A program made the translations under genes and the position numbers. DNA of 64,000 nt from assembly GCF_947568905.1 (NCBI RefSeq), contig NC_079170.1, forward strand, positions 84,196,001-84,260,000, in the 5' to 3' direction. The stretch comes from Ostrea edulis. Taxonomy: Eukaryota. This document shows positions 49,590 through 62,594 of this stretch, piece by piece (position 1 is the first letter of the stretch; every line of letters starts with the position of its first letter). The notes beneath the pieces are model-generated. The model saw only the letters and a list, made by a program, of their open reading frames with translations. It did no database searches and was not told the origin of the DNA.

Positions 49590-50330
49590 TGCATTATCAG
49601 ATAAACCTGTCATTGGCTCAAATTATGTCTGTCGTGTTTCATACCGATTGTTAGGGCGTTCTTTACATCCTGGTTTGAATCCACGAATAACTCTGATTAA
49701 CTGGGGCCAGTTTCTCATGATCTGTCTTAAGACCAGAATTTGTCATAAGATATATCATAGTTGTTTCACAAAACTGTCACATCCTAACATAATCTTAAGA
49801 TTGTTAGAAATCTTAAGACATCAAGATACTTGTCTTAAGTCTATATTGAACATGGTGGTCTATGTTTTGCTAGGATATAAGTAGCTTATCTGGAGGGAAT
49901 ATGGTTTCAGGGACAGAAACAATCTATTTGACTATATGGGGGGTTGTGGACATCATTGATAAGCATCGTATACTTTGTGATGAACTCAATCTGCGTTTAG
50001 AATATCCCACAGACAACGTTTCCCTACTCTTGTAACGAGTATAACAACGCCCTAAGATCTATCTTAGGATTTCTTGAAGTTCAGATAGTTTTGTGAAACG
50101 GAACTGTCGTATCTTAGGATTGTCATAAGTCAGATCTTAAGACACTTTTATGATCTATCGTATGACTAATCTTATGATAGTTTTGTGAAATCCGACCCTG
50201 GTTAAAAATGCATGGCTAAGGGTAGGTGTGACCTGTCAACAGGGGGTGCTTACTTCTGCAAGGCACGTGATCCCACTTCTGATTTTTCCAGCTGTCTGTA
50301 TATGCTCTACTGTCGATTTTTTATTCTTCA
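49590..50330 (+). mobile_element. Old Naiad-type 3' fragment interrupted by a 501-bp MITE
   Basis: GTGTTTCATACCGATTGTTAG before the MITE and GGTGTGACCTGTCAACAGGGG after it. Confidence 0.7.
49701..50201. mobile_element. MITE (501 bp) with CTTAAG-rich subterminal repeats, flanked by TTAA
   Basis: TTAA|CTGGGGCCAGTTTCTCA...TGTGAAATCCGACCCTGG|TTAA. Confidence 0.75.
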
Positions 50331-50632
50331 TAAGATGAACGCAAAAATACTTTTTAACACCCCTCCCTTCCCTGGATGCTCGCTGAATTGTCAATGCGGC
50401 AATAAATTCATGGGTTGTCTTTAATTCTTAGACAAAACTAACCCTCAATTTTGAATCCTGAGATATAGGAGGGAGGAATTGCAAATGGAAACTGAGGAGA
50501 AATAGGTTGCGTAAGGCAGGTTCTGAGGAACTTCCCAGTGAAATACGCACTAATCCTTTCCCCTTTCCCCTTTTACCAATACATGTAAGGAATTCGAGTT
50601 TTCTAATGAATGATTGTAAGTTGTTGAAACAC

Positions 50633-50634
<2 letters not shown>

Positions 50635-50694
<60 letters not shown>
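50635..50694. repeat. (GT)30 microsatellite
   Basis: Directly visible. Confidence 0.99.
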
Positions 50695-50696
<2 letters not shown>

Positions 50697-51174
50697 GATG
50701 GGGATGTTAAAGTAAGTGTGAGAATCATTACTTAAACGTGGCATTTTTTAACTTCCTATTTTGTTAGTTGTAAATGCATTTCCCATCGACAACAGAGTTA
50801 ATTCACGATGATAAAACTGGTTTTTACCTTTTGATTACAGGCCACGCAAACAAAGGCGGCTGATCTGATACGGGGTTTTAAACGTTTCTGCGAATGCAAT
50901 GTTTTCGTTTTGCGGTATCGATGTGAATGTATTTTTAAGTTTTTCCAAAAGTAATGTAATACGTGCTGAATTGCAGACTGAAGTTATTGGGGGGTTTTCC
51001 CTTCTTTTTTTATAATCTATTAATTTTTTTTACTTCAGACATATTGACATAAGACATAAGAACAGATGTCATTTATTAATTAAGGTAGTGATTGCATGGG
51101 TCATTGAAAATTAATGAATCTATGAATTTTTCTGAGTTTTACATATTTTGTAGTTGACTGTATCTGTAACTCAT

Positions 51175-52714
51175 TATGAAACTTTGTAAGGCTCATTATT
51201 ACAACTGTATTTTTAACGAACTTGGCATTAATTCCACTTTTGGTAATCATACTTATACTCCAACTGCCCTTTCAAAAGACGAAATTCTTCAAAACCATGC
51301 TTCAGTTTTAGACACATTTAATATTCCAGTCAATGGGTCGAATGAATATGAGTTACCGTACCTATACTGGATTCCTAAACTACATAAAAACCCTTACAAA
51401 GATACATTGCTGGATCCAGTAAGTGCTCTACCAAGCCCCTATCTTTGCTCCTCACGAAAATGTTAACAGCTGTGAAGGAGAAACTTCAAACTTACTGTGC
51501 GACTACATATGCCAGAAGTGTTCTAAATCAAATGTGGATTTTAAAAGCTTCTAAAGAACTTTTAGTAAACTTGAAATCACAGAATTTTTCCCAAATCAAT
51601 AGCATTAAAACCTATGACTTTTCAACACTATACACGACCATTTATCACGATAAATTAAAGACTAGACTTTTTGACATCATTGACAGTTGCTTCTTCAACA
51701 AAAACGGAAAACGGAAATATTCATATCCAGTGATCAGTCATTCAAAAACTTACTTTGTTAAACACTACTCTGATTCCACGCACAAGTACTCTGAAGTTGA
51801 AATAAAAAATATGCTAGAGTTCTTCATTGACAATATCTTCGTGATCTTTGGTGATCAGGTCTTCCAACAATCTGTTGGAATTCCCATGGGCACGAATTGT
51901 GCTCCTTTGTTAGCTGACCTGTTTTTATATTCATATGAAGCAGAATTTATTCAAAAACCTCTACATGAGAAGAAAAAATCTCTCGCTGTGACCTTCAATT
52001 CGACTTTTAGATATATCGATGACGTTTTGTCTATTTTAAAACAATGATAGCTTTCATTCATATGTCGATTTGATATATCCCTGTGAGCTCGAAATAAAGG
52101 ACACCACAGAGTCGTCCACTTCTGCTTCATACTTAGATATTTTATTGAAAGTAGACATTAACGGCAAACTAACAACTCAACTGTATGACAAACGGGATGA
52201 TTTCAGCTTCTCCATCGTCTGCTTCCCACATTTATGTAGCAATATTCCATTATCACCTGCATATGGTGTTTATATATCTCAACTGATTCGATATGCAAGA
52301 GCTTGTTCTGGGTATAGTCAGTTTTTAAATCGAGGTAAGCTACTGACAAACAAGTTGATGGTATAGGGATTTCAACAGTCTCGATTGAAGTCAGCATTTC
52401 GCAAATTCTATGGTCGTTATGACGATCTGCTTCGTCAGTACAACCTCGCATTGGGTCAAATGCTGTCTGACATGTTTCATACCGATTGTTAAGCCGTTCT
52501 TGGCACACTGATTTTGACTGCGGATAACTCCGTTTACCTGATCAGGATATGGGGCTCACGGCGGGTGTGACCGGTCAACAGGGGATGCTTACTCCTCCTA
52601 GGCACCTGATCCCACCTCTGGTGTGTCCAGGGGTCCGTGTTTGCCCAACTATCTATTTTGTATTGCTTGTAGGAGTTATGAGATTGATCAGTGTTCGTTA
52701 TCTTCACCTTGGAT
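51175..52714 (+). mobile_element. 5'-truncated Penelope-like (Naiad-type) retroelement: most of the RT plus 3' UTR, frameshifted
   Basis: CKAHYYNCI..LPYLYWIPKLHKNPYK..YDFSTLYTTI..GIPMGTNCAPLLADLFLYSYE..FRYIDDVL..PAYGVYISQLIRYARAC. Confidence 0.92.
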
Positions 52715-53952
52715 ATGGTTTTCACGGAAATTGTGATGCTACGGTTGTCATAGTAACCCCTCTTGTTGACTATCTGCAATAAATGGTACAGGTGTGTCAG
52801 ATGGTGTTTAAAAATGACACAAAGAGAGTACGTGATACCAATATTATATCAAATTCAAGTTAAAGCCTTAATTGATATATAATTTGTATCACGATGTCCA
52901 TTTATTTTCATTTGAAGTAATAGCACGGCTCCTTATGAGCAATTGTGCAATTTTTAGAAGGCAATTATTCACCAAAACAGACATATTTTCACCTCCTGAA
53001 AAATAAATGACCAATGAATTCTTTTTATTTTTACGTATGTATTAACATGTGTTAGTAGGATTTTTTTCCTGAAAGTATCAATATTGGTTTTGAGGTTTAC
53101 TATGGCGCTATGAGCACTATAGTTACCCCCTCCTCCTCCTTACATGATGTAGGTGATACATGTATCTATGCATCTTATATGTTTTTATTTTAACTCATGT
53201 TAAAATTATAAATATGTTTTGATGTTTGCTATTGAATTAATTTCACATAGAATGATAATACTGTGGGTTTGGAGATGTTTTTATTACTTTCAGTTTGAAA
53301 TTACTTGCATAATCGTGCTCTGTAAGTGTATGTTAAAAACGCAGGAAATGTAAACTGTGCGTTGTGACGTAGTATTACCTGCGACGATTTTTTTTCTTCT
53401 CATTTCAAACCAAGTGATTATCAAAAACAACAAAACTTTCTTTATTTTTTAAATTATAGGAAATAACTGAACTAATTGAACAAATACATATTAAGAGCAA
53501 CTGCTGTTTTCAAAATTTACACTTTTTGATTTCTCTTAACATCCGCGTTACATAGTAGACTCCCTCGATTCCCTCTTAGCTGACGATCTCAAAATGGACA
53601 ATTGGAATATTTGTAGCAAAAAAACTGTTTTAAATCTATGTATAGTGCACTTAGGAAAGATATGATTAAAATAATCAATATTGTTTGCTTAAAATGATGC
53701 GTTTACATAACCCGTGTTTCCTCGGCCTAACGGTTTCCCTTGGATATTATCTATCCAGCACTTTAGATTTATGTGCACTAACACCATATACATTTTATGA
53801 AATTTATAGCATTATATATTTTAATTCTAATAGGCCTAGTGGTTTATGAATTAGAATTACGTTTTCTAAGAGTAAAAATTAACCGGAGAGCGGGGGGGTG
53901 TATGAATTATGGAGACATAAACTATGACTATTGTAGTAGTTAGGGCTATACG

Positions 53953-54027
53953 GACCGTGGATAGCTCAGTGGTTAGAGCACTGGACTAGTAATGCAGGGG
54001 TCCCGGGTTCGATTTCCGGTCCAGCCA
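53953..54027 (+). tRNA. tRNA-Thr(AGT)-derived pseudo-tRNA in LTR1
   Basis: A box TAGCTCAGTGG (53962), anticodon loop CT-AGT-AA, B box GGTTCGATTTCC (54006), 3' CCAGCCA. Acceptor and anticodon stems are imperfect. Confidence 0.7.
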
Positions 54028-54067
54028 AAGAATTTCCTCTCTCTCCTATATATACATGTACTTCATT

Positions 54068-54118
<51 letters not shown>

Positions 54119-54266
54119 TACATTTGGTGCCGTTGACCACCCTTGGTCTTGCAGGTGAAGGTCCTGTCAGGGGCAAATATAACCTGGGTTGTGCGAGTCT
54201 TCGAGGGCGAAGACAAATTAAGGAGGGAGGAATGCAGTAGTTAGGGCTATACGTACCGTGAATATC

Positions 54267-54340
54267 GGCCTGGATAGCTCAGTGGTTTGAGCACTTGACC
54301 AGTAATGCAGGGGTCCCGGGTTCAATTCCCGGTCCAGCTA
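54267..54340 (+). tRNA. tRNA-Thr(AGT)-derived pseudo-tRNA in LTR2
   Basis: GGCCTGGATAGCTCAGTGG...AGTAATGCAGGGGTCCCGGGTTCAATTCCCGGTCCAGCTA, with A and B boxes intact. Confidence 0.7.
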
Positions 54341-54889
54341 AAGAATTTCTCCTCTATCCTATATATACTACATTATTATTCAAAAAATAATTAAAACATA
54401 AGGGATTTCTCATTTGTATTTTATTTTACTTGTATATTTCTAAACATATTTCACTTTATCCTGTGCCTGGTTATATCTGACAGGTCTTTGTTTCCATCGT
54501 CTGTCATTATTACTGATACTTAGCGCTTGACGTATTCCGTTATTGGAAACAAAATAGTCTCTTTTTAGATACTACACGGATAAACCACGTGATACCTTGC
54601 AATCACTACTTTAACAACTTTCACTTATAAATAAAAGTAGTTTCAAACGTAGGACAAAACTTCGCTTAAAATAGCGAAATTATGATTTTTTTATGTTGTC
54701 AGAAAGTGTTTTCCATACATACCATGTATTGTTGCAAATGTTTTGTATTTCTAAATCCTGATATGCTATACATTTTTCAACCTTGTATTTGTTGTATAGA
54801 TATCACAATAATTCAAATAATCTTGGCAATTCGCTTTTTTTAAACAAGAAAAAATATATTGTTTTGTACATAGGAAAAGGAAGTTTACA

Positions 54890-57190
54890 ATTTCGTTGTC
54901 TTTAGATAATGGGAGTTCACCTAATGAAACATTAATTACATTAACACCTGATCTTTCGGAAATTGTTTAATAAATGTGCAGGTTCAGATTTCTCCAATAA
55001 TATATATTTTTTCACATCCAATGAAAACATATTGAATTGTCTCAACTTCATCATTACAAAAGGTACAACAATTAAAAGACACAACATTGATTGTTTTAAG
55101 ATAATAATTGACAGGCAGAATTCTATGAAGTATTATGTATTGTAACCATTGGGTAGCAGAGGTCTTGGTAGTCTTAAGGTATAAAATAAAAACATCCTTA
55201 ACACATATTTCCATTCCATAAGCTATCAGCTCTAACTTCCACTATGAAACAGAAGTAGGTATATGTATATCATGGTTTACGAAAATGTTAACAGCTGTGT
55301 AGAAGAAACTTCAAACTTACTGTGCGACTACATATGCCAGAAGTGGTGTTAATCAAATGTGGATTCTAAAAAATTTTAAAGAACTTTTAGCAAACTTGAA
55401 ATCGCAGGATTTTTCCCAAATCAATAGCATTAAAACCTATGACTTTTCAAAACTATACACGACCATTCCTCGCGATAAATTAAAGACTAGACTATTTGAC
55501 ATCATAGACAGTTGCTTCTTCAACAAAAACGGAAAACGGAAATATTCATATCTAGTGATCAGTCATTCAAAAACTTACTTTGTTAAACACCACTCTGATT
55601 CCACGCACAAGTACTCTGAAGTTGAAATAAAAACAAAATATGCTAGAGTTCCTCATTGACAATATCTTCGTGGTCTTTGGTGATCAGGTCTTCCAACAGT
55701 CTGTTGGAATTCCCATGGGCACGAATTGTGCTCCTTTGTTAGCTGACCTGTTTTTATATTCATGTGAAGCAGAATTTATTCAAAAACTTCTACATGAGAA
55801 GAAAAAATATCTCGCTGTGACCTTCAATTCGACTTTTAGATATATCGATGACGTTTTGTCTATTAACAATGACAGCTTTCATTCATATGTCGATTTGATA
55901 TATCCCTGTGAGCTCGAAATAAAAGACACCACAGAGTCGTCCACTTCTGCTTCATACTTAGATATTTTATTAAAAGTAGACATCAACGGCAAACTAACAA
56001 CTCAACTGTATGACAAAAGGGATGATTTCAGCTTCTCCATCGTCAACTTCCCACATTTATGTAGCAATATTCCATTATCACCTGCATATGGTGTTTATAT
56101 ATCTCAACTGATTCGATATGCAAGAGTTTGTTCTGGGTATAGTCAGTTTTTAAATCGAGGTAAGCTACTGACAATCAAGTTGATGGTACAGGGATTTCAA
56201 CAGTCTCGATTGAAGTCAGCATTTCGCAAATTCTGTGGTCGTTATAACGATCTACTTCGTCAATACAACCTTGCATTGGGTCAAATGCTGTCTGACATGT
56301 TTCATACCGATTGTTAAGCCGTTCTTGGCACACTGATTTTGACTGCGGATAACTCCGTTTACCTGATCAGGATATAGGGTTCACGGTGGGTGTGACCGGT
56401 CAACAGGGGATGCTTACTCCTCCTCGGCACTTGATCGCACCTCTGGTGTATCCAGGGTTCCGTGTTTGCCCAACAATCTATTTTGTTTTGCTTATAGGAG
56501 TTATGAGATTGATCACTATTCGTTATCTTCACCTTGCATTTAACTTTTTCTAAACAAATTTGCAAAATCAAATGTTTATAATATAATGTAATATAAGGTG
56601 TAAAAGATCTATTGATGAAACCTTTGTTTTCAAACACTTTCAGATGAGTTGATATTGCACTCAATACACTGTTATATTGTAATATGCAAACTTGAATATC
56701 ATATTTTTGTTGAAAAAAGATTACGTGATAAAAGATCTCCATTGTCATCTAAGAAATCATCAATGAGTTTTACACCTTTTTTATACCAGATTGTGATCAG
56801 CAGTGTTTTCATACACACTCTAATATTTGAATTATACAACACAGAAATACTAATATAGCTTCCCTTATAGAATATTGTTTTCTGGAATAACACATTCAGA
56901 GATAGTGCATCTCCGAAATCAAGTGATTTTTTAACAACATCATGACCATTGATTGCTTCTATCTATCTACCCAGGATTTGTCCCACCAATAACTTTTCAA
57001 CCATGAACATTTTCAAGATATGATAAAATTATTGATTTCCCAATTCCTAGATATCCATGTTCGTGATCTTGAGTTACAATAGAACGTTTTACTTTGTCAC
57101 AATTTCCATTCCAAATAAATTCAAAAATACCTTTACTCAATGATAGCAATAAATGGTTTAAATTCGAAATAATTAATGTTTAACCACTGT
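54890..57190 (-). mobile_element. Decayed Tx1/L1-clade LINE C-terminal region, split by a Naiad insertion
   Basis: FIWNGNCDKVKRSIV (~57100); LYNSNI..WYKKGVKLIDDFLDDNG (~56750); QWLQYIILHRILPVNYYL..CTFCNDEVETIQYVFIGC (zf-RVT, 54984-55214). Confidence 0.8.
55279..56539 (+). mobile_element. 5'-truncated Naiad-type retroelement inserted in the Tx1 LINE
   Basis: ORFs 55357-55659 and 55640-56317 give the RT palm and thumb through FHTDC; shared 3' UTR ends CACCTTGCAT. Confidence 0.92.
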
Positions 57191-58598
57191 AATCCGACCA
57201 ATTGGTGTTAGAACGCATCTTTTCCAATGTTGTTGCATGTTCGTATTGTTAGGAATCTGTATGCTGTAGTTTGAATTTGTAATTTGTTGTAAGTCTACTG
57301 AAATACCTAATAAGTTAAAAGTTGTCGAACCTCAGTCAAGTTTCCATCTAGAATGATGAAAGACCTGCTTTGATTTTTTTTATCCTATCCAAACAATTTT
57401 TGTTTTCGAGCTGTTTAATAAACATGCCGGATTGGACATCTTTTTTGGCTCTGGATTGTACCCTTTCTTAAATGCATGCATTTTTTCTTAGAAATTCCAT
57501 CAGGAACAGACATCTTTAAGCTTAAAAGTTGTGTTCTATTCAATGTCTCCTATTAAGACCATGGTTTACACAAACCTGAAAGAGCACGTTGAGCAAGGGA
57601 CTATCAGTAAGCCGGAACAGACAGCTTCAAACCCTTTAATTGTTTGAGAATTTCACTGTACACATGAATCTAATGTTCTGCCACACGTAAGAAAGAGCCT
57701 TGTTCTTGAAGATCAATAGATAACTTTTTGTTGTTGAAAACTCTTCACCTTGCAGAAGCAAATACATTTATATTGTATACAGTTACCATGTTTGCTTTCC
57801 TTCCACTTAGCGTTTGTGATATCTGCATGGAAGTATTAAAATGGAGCATGCATTGAAGTATAATCATCTCTTCATGCATGATGGTTTACATTTCACAAAG
57901 CTGTCCAATGACAATTATGACAATAAGATGTTGAGGTGTTCATGATTTCAATGCTTAATCGTTTGTCCCCAGACACTTGTATCTATCATATGTTTACTTC
58001 TACTGGAACCGGTTTTGATTGCTAAAGCGGGATTTATTTTCTTTTGAAAACATCTCTATTATTTTAATTCTAATTATATCAGTGCATATGGCATGCATGA
58101 TATCGAGGTCAACTCACTTACAATGATAATTACTTACTAGAAAGTGTTTTGTGGAATGTAGTAAATATCAACATCTTTGTATTTCAAAACTTTTTGTTTC
58201 TTGTAATTACATTGAATTTAACCTTATAGTGCATATACGGATGAAGAAAATAAAAAGACATTTGTCAGAAATTTGCAATGCCACTCCTGTTGCTGAGATA
58301 TGAACCTTCATGAAAAGCAGTTCTGTCCAAGGTGGGTTTTTTCAATATTTGCTCTGATGAGCGTTTTCTACAGAGAATACTCTCCAATACAATATTTTTC
58401 TAGTTTTGTAATCAGTTCAATAAATCCGCAGTAACATTGAAATATAATCAATAACAAGCAATAGTTAAGAACACTTCTGGTTCAATGAAATAACAAATCA
58501 ACGTAAGTAAAAATCACTGTAAAAGATTAACAGTATCTCTGTAGGGCTGTCATGGTACATGCATGCACCTCGTGTATTCAGAATACTATGTAAAATGT

Positions 58599-58742
58599 TC
58601 ACAATGTGTAAAAGCGTGTGTTGCACTGGCAACAAATGAATGACAATTTCTCTGGTTGATGTTTCATTTTTACATGTCTACGCAATCCAAAATTGGTCTT
58701 GAATTCCTGACCACAGGTTTCGCACATTCGAATTGTACCCAT
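58599..58742 (-). pseudogene. Relic C2H2 zinc-finger coding exon (not in the ORF track)
   Basis: MGTIRMCETCGQEFKTNFGLRRHVKMKHQPEKLSFICCQCNTRFYTL stop: a canonical Cx2Cx3Fx5Lx2Hx4H finger and the start of a second. Acceptor TTTGTTTCAG ~30 nt upstream. Confidence 0.75.
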
Positions 58743-59639
58743 CTCATGGAATCAAGTTCAAGGGCTTGATACCTGAAACAAAGCAGAAAATCTGTTTGGA
58801 ACTTGGGAATATGTAAACAGGACAATTGAATTCAGGAAACTTCGAATTTACATTGTTACAGAGGATTATAAAATTATGAAAATTTCTCACGTGTTTTATA
58901 GGTCAAAATGACCTTATAGGTCTTGGATACAAACAGACAACGTTACATCTGTCGTAAGCAAAGTTTGATAATCCATGTATTTGCTATTGTTCAATTCGAA
59001 TGTTATAGCCAATCAATACTAGCCATTGTTGTCGTTGGGAACTTAAACGACGATGTAATTTGATACCAGTAAAAACAAACTTCATAATACAGCATGTTCA
59101 TGTTGGAAATGTCTAAAACCCTCAGCTAAATTAATCAAATCAAAATATGATGGAGAAGTCGAGATTCGAAAATATAACGAAATGTGAAAAAGAGCTAAAA
59201 AAACGGGGGGGGGGGATCCAGAACCAAAATCAAGGTCCAATCCGGCACTTGTTTCGTGGAAACGACCATATTCAATCCTCTTTTTGAAGAGTTATATGTC
59301 CTTCGTATTTGTAAGAAGAATCTGATTTCCTAAAAATATGTACAGTAAATGATTAATTTCATTTCATAAAGAGAAAATATGTGTAACTTTTTACCAAGAG
59401 AATTGTATGAAAATGTGATTTCTTTTAGAAATAATTTGAGAAATCATGATCTTCCCATAGACTTCAATGTAAAATTCTATGTGAAATAAATCAAACAGCA
59501 ATAGAAATTTTGAAAATTCCTATGGTGGATTATTTTTATTTGATGATCTCTTCAAAATGATACTATGATTACAGTACATCCCATCATCCATTTACTAGAT
59601 ATGAAATATGCTCATTATACATTGAGTACCTTAAAGCCC

Positions 59640-59712
59640 TCACCGGTCTTATTGACGTCTCGATATGAGTGACGAATTCTCCAGGGGGTGTTAAACAAGA
59701 TACAATCAATCA
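59640..59712 (+). mobile_element. 3' end fragment of a SINE
   Basis: CACCGG..TGACGTCTC.ATATGAGTGA..AATTCTC followed by a CAATCAATCAA tail; similar to the reverse complement of 60523-60600. Confidence 0.55.
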
Positions 59713-59814
59713 ATTAAAGCTTTTAAAGTTGGTGCACAGGATTGAAATTTTGTCATTAAAATATGATAGTTTGTGAACAAGAGCTATATTCTATACCCCA
59801 ATGCAAGTTTTATC

Positions 59815-60530
59815 AGGGAGTGGAGTAGGGCTTGAGACGATAAAGGGATGTAATCTACAAAGAGCTTGATAACTGTGTAGAAATCCAATCAGGAAGTTCA
59901 CTAGGTACTGGCCTTGTCATTGCTTTCATTTTTTAGAACATTTGATGTGTCTCTGTTTGTCCAATTCTCAATTTTGCACTTTTTTAGGATTTAAAATATC
60001 GATTATCTTAGTCATATTCTCCTTTTTTCAGTGATGTCTGTATGGAACCATTTCAATGGAAAGGGAACTACACGAACCTCTTTTTGTGATGGACAGGTTT
60101 TATTGTTCAACAAAACGTCTTAAATTAAGATTTTTTTTATTTGAGGCATATCCATATTACAAAACTTATACACTTGTACATCACATGAAATAAAGGTATT
60201 TGAATCTAAACACATTTTATAATACGGGTAACAGTATGCGCTCACACTTGAATTCGTTAACTATTCTTGATTAAGGTATAAAATGCAGGTGATCGAAAAT
60301 AATTACTATTCTAAATTTTTAAAACGACATACATTTCCAGAAATACAATAAACCAGGACTAATATCAGTAATTAAAGATTTAGAAGGTTAGTGAACATAT
60401 CCGATTGGCAAGATTGGTGTATATACCAGATTTAGAAGGTTAGTGTATATGTCAGGTTTAGAAGGTTAGTGCATATATCAGATATTTAGAAGGTTAGTGT
60501 GTATATTAGATTTAGAAGGTTAGATTGAAT
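59815..60530 (+). repeat. ~800-bp dispersed repeat, copy B, running into the 28-bp minisatellite
   Basis: Collinear with 47575-48370. Confidence 0.85.
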
Positions 60531-60900
60531 GATTGTTTTACGTACCTCGAGAATATTTCACTCATATGGAGACGTCACCACTGCCGGTGATGGACTGTAA
60601 AATTTAAACCTATCCTCGGCGCTTATAGCCATTGAGCAGGGGGGATCTTTATCGTGCCACACCTGCTGTGACACGGGGCCTCGGTTTTTACGGTCTCATC
60701 CGAAGGACCGCCCCATTTAGTTCCCTCTCACGACAAGTAAGGGGGTACTGAGGACCTATTCTAAACCGTATCCCCACGGGATTAATGTACACATTATATT
60801 TAGAAGATTAGTGTATATATCTGAGATTTAGAACGTTAGTGTGTATATCAGCGAATTAGAAGGTTGGTTTGTATATCAGAGAATCAGAAGGTTAGTGTAT
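60377..60900 (+). repeat. 28-bp minisatellite, left part (interrupted by a SINE)
   Basis: GATTTAGAAGGTTAGTGTGTATATCAGA units on both sides of the SINE. Confidence 0.85.
60523..60781 (-). mobile_element. 5'-truncated SINE (central domain, 3' end and CAAT-type tail)
   Basis: Minus strand TCCCGTGGGGAT..GAATAGGTCCTCAGTACCCC..GTGTCACAGCAGGTGTGGCACGATAAAGATCCC..GACGTCTCCATATGAGTGAAATATTCTCGAG..AAAACAATCATTCAATC. Family is recalled from bivalve SINEs. Confidence 0.7.
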
Positions 60901-62590
60901 ATGAAAGATGGATATAATGAACAGTGATCAATCTCATGACTCCTATAAGCAATACAAAATAGTGAGTTGGGCAAATACGGACCCCTGGATATACCAAAGG
61001 CGGGATCAGGTGCCTAGGAGGAGTAAGCATCCATTATCGCCCGGTCACATCCGCCGTGATCCCTACGTGTATATCTTGATTAGCTAAACTGGGCTATCTG
61101 TACTCAAACTTAGTGTCCCAAGAACTGCCTAACAATCGGTATGAAACACGTTAGACAGCATTTGACCCAATGATAGGTTGTATTGGCAAACTAGATTGTT
61201 GTAAGAACCATATAATTTAAACGACTTTAAACGAGACTGTTGAAACCTCTGTACCATCAACTTGTTTGTCAGTAACCTGTCTCGATTTAATAACTGATCA
61301 TACGCAGAAGAAGCTCGTCCGTATCGAATCATTTGAGAGATATTAACACCATATACAGGTGATAATGGAATATTACTACATAAATATGAGAAGTTGACGA
61401 TGGAGAAGATGAAATCATCCCGTTTATCAAAAAGTTAAGTGGTTTGTTTGTCATTGATATCTATTTTCAATCAAATATCTAAGTATAAAGCAGAAGTGGA
61501 TGACTCTGTGGTGTCTTATAATGAGGTCACGGAGTTATATCGAATGGACATGTGAATGAAAATTAACATTGTAAATAGATAAAACGTCGTCGATATATCT
61601 AACTGTCCCATTGAAGGCCACAGCAAGAAATGTTTTCTTCTCCAGAGAAGTTTCTTTTAATAAATTCTGCTTCATATAAATATAAAAACAGGTCAGGTAA
61701 CAAAGGAGCACAATTCGTGCCAATGGGAATCCCAACAGACTATTGGAAGACCTGATCACTTGATATTACGAAGATATTTTCAATGGGGAACTCCAGCATA
61801 TTTTTTATTTCAATTTCAGAGTACTTGTGCGTGAAATCAGAATGGCGTTTAACAAATTATTTTTCTGGATGACTAATCACTAGTTATGAATATTTCCGTT
61901 TTCCGTTTTTGTTGAAGAAGCAACTGTCTATGATGTCAAACAGCCAAGTCTTTAATTTATCGTGAGGAATGGTCGTGTAAAGTGTTAAAAAGTCATACGT
62001 TTTGATGCTGTTGATTTGAGAAAAGTTTTGCGATTTCAAGTTTACTAAAAGTTCTTTAGAATTCTTTTAGAATTCATATTTGATTTCCACCACCTCTGGC
62101 ATAAATAGTGGCACAGTACGTTTGAAGTTTTTCCTTCACAGATGTTAATATTTTCGTGAGGAGCAAAGCTAGAGACTTGGTAGAGCACTTACTGGATCCA
62201 ACAATGTATCTTTGTTTGTAAGGGTTTTTACATGTATAACGTTTAGGAATCCAGTATAGGTACGGTAATTCATATTCATTCGACACATTAACTAGGATAT
62301 TAAATGTGTCTAAAACTTAAGCATGGTTTTGAAGAATTTCATCTTTTGAAAGGACAGTTGGGGCATAAATACATTTACCAAAAGTGGAATTAATGCCAAG
62401 TTCGTTTAAAATAAAGCGGTAATAATGAGCCTTACAAATAAAGACATTGTTGTTACCAGCTTTGTCAGCTGGAACGAAAACATCTTCCTCATGTAATATA
62501 TCTACATGTAATTCTTTTATCACTTCTGGTTTACTAAAAACATAGGGATAGATGGTACGTAATTTTGTTTTGATATGTCTAATGCGGTAT
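60901..62590 (-). mobile_element. Diverged 5'-truncated Naiad-type retroelement inserted in the 28-bp minisatellite
   Basis: VIKELHVD..VFVPADKAGNN..CKAHYY; LPYLYWIPK; GIPLARIVLL; VRYIDDVL; 3' UTR ends CTTTCAT at 60901. Confidence 0.88.
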
Positions 62591-62594
62591 TTTA

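Larger units (their letters stand above)
53932..54372 (+). mobile_element. Miniature non-autonomous LTR retrotransposon (TRIM, 441 bp) whose LTRs contain a tRNA-Thr-like sequence
   Basis: LTR1 53932-54122 (TG..CA, with an AT microsatellite expansion); PBS TGGTGCCGTTGACC 54125-54138; PPT AAGGAGGGAGGAA 54220-54232; LTR2 54233-54372 (TG..CA); flanks CTAT and TTAT. Confidence 0.88.

Noticed and set aside
52030-52045. TTAA to TTTTAAAA change frameshifting a Naiad RT as a transposon excision footprint
   Set aside because: It is equally explained by homopolymer slippage and is not a TTAATTAA duplication.
53953-54340. Two functional tRNA-Thr genes
   Set aside because: Stems are imperfect, and both copies sit at equivalent positions in paired LTRs with a PBS and PPT between them.
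55640-56317. Selenocysteine-type UGA recoding reported for some Naiads
   Set aside because: This RT segment is an uninterrupted ORF with ordinary Cys codons, and no pattern of in-frame TGA at Cys positions was seen in other copies.
57300-58500. Very decayed Harbinger/ISL2EU-type transposase on the minus strand
   Set aside because: Only loose motif resemblances (for example IHV..I..LK) with many stops; not supportable by eye.
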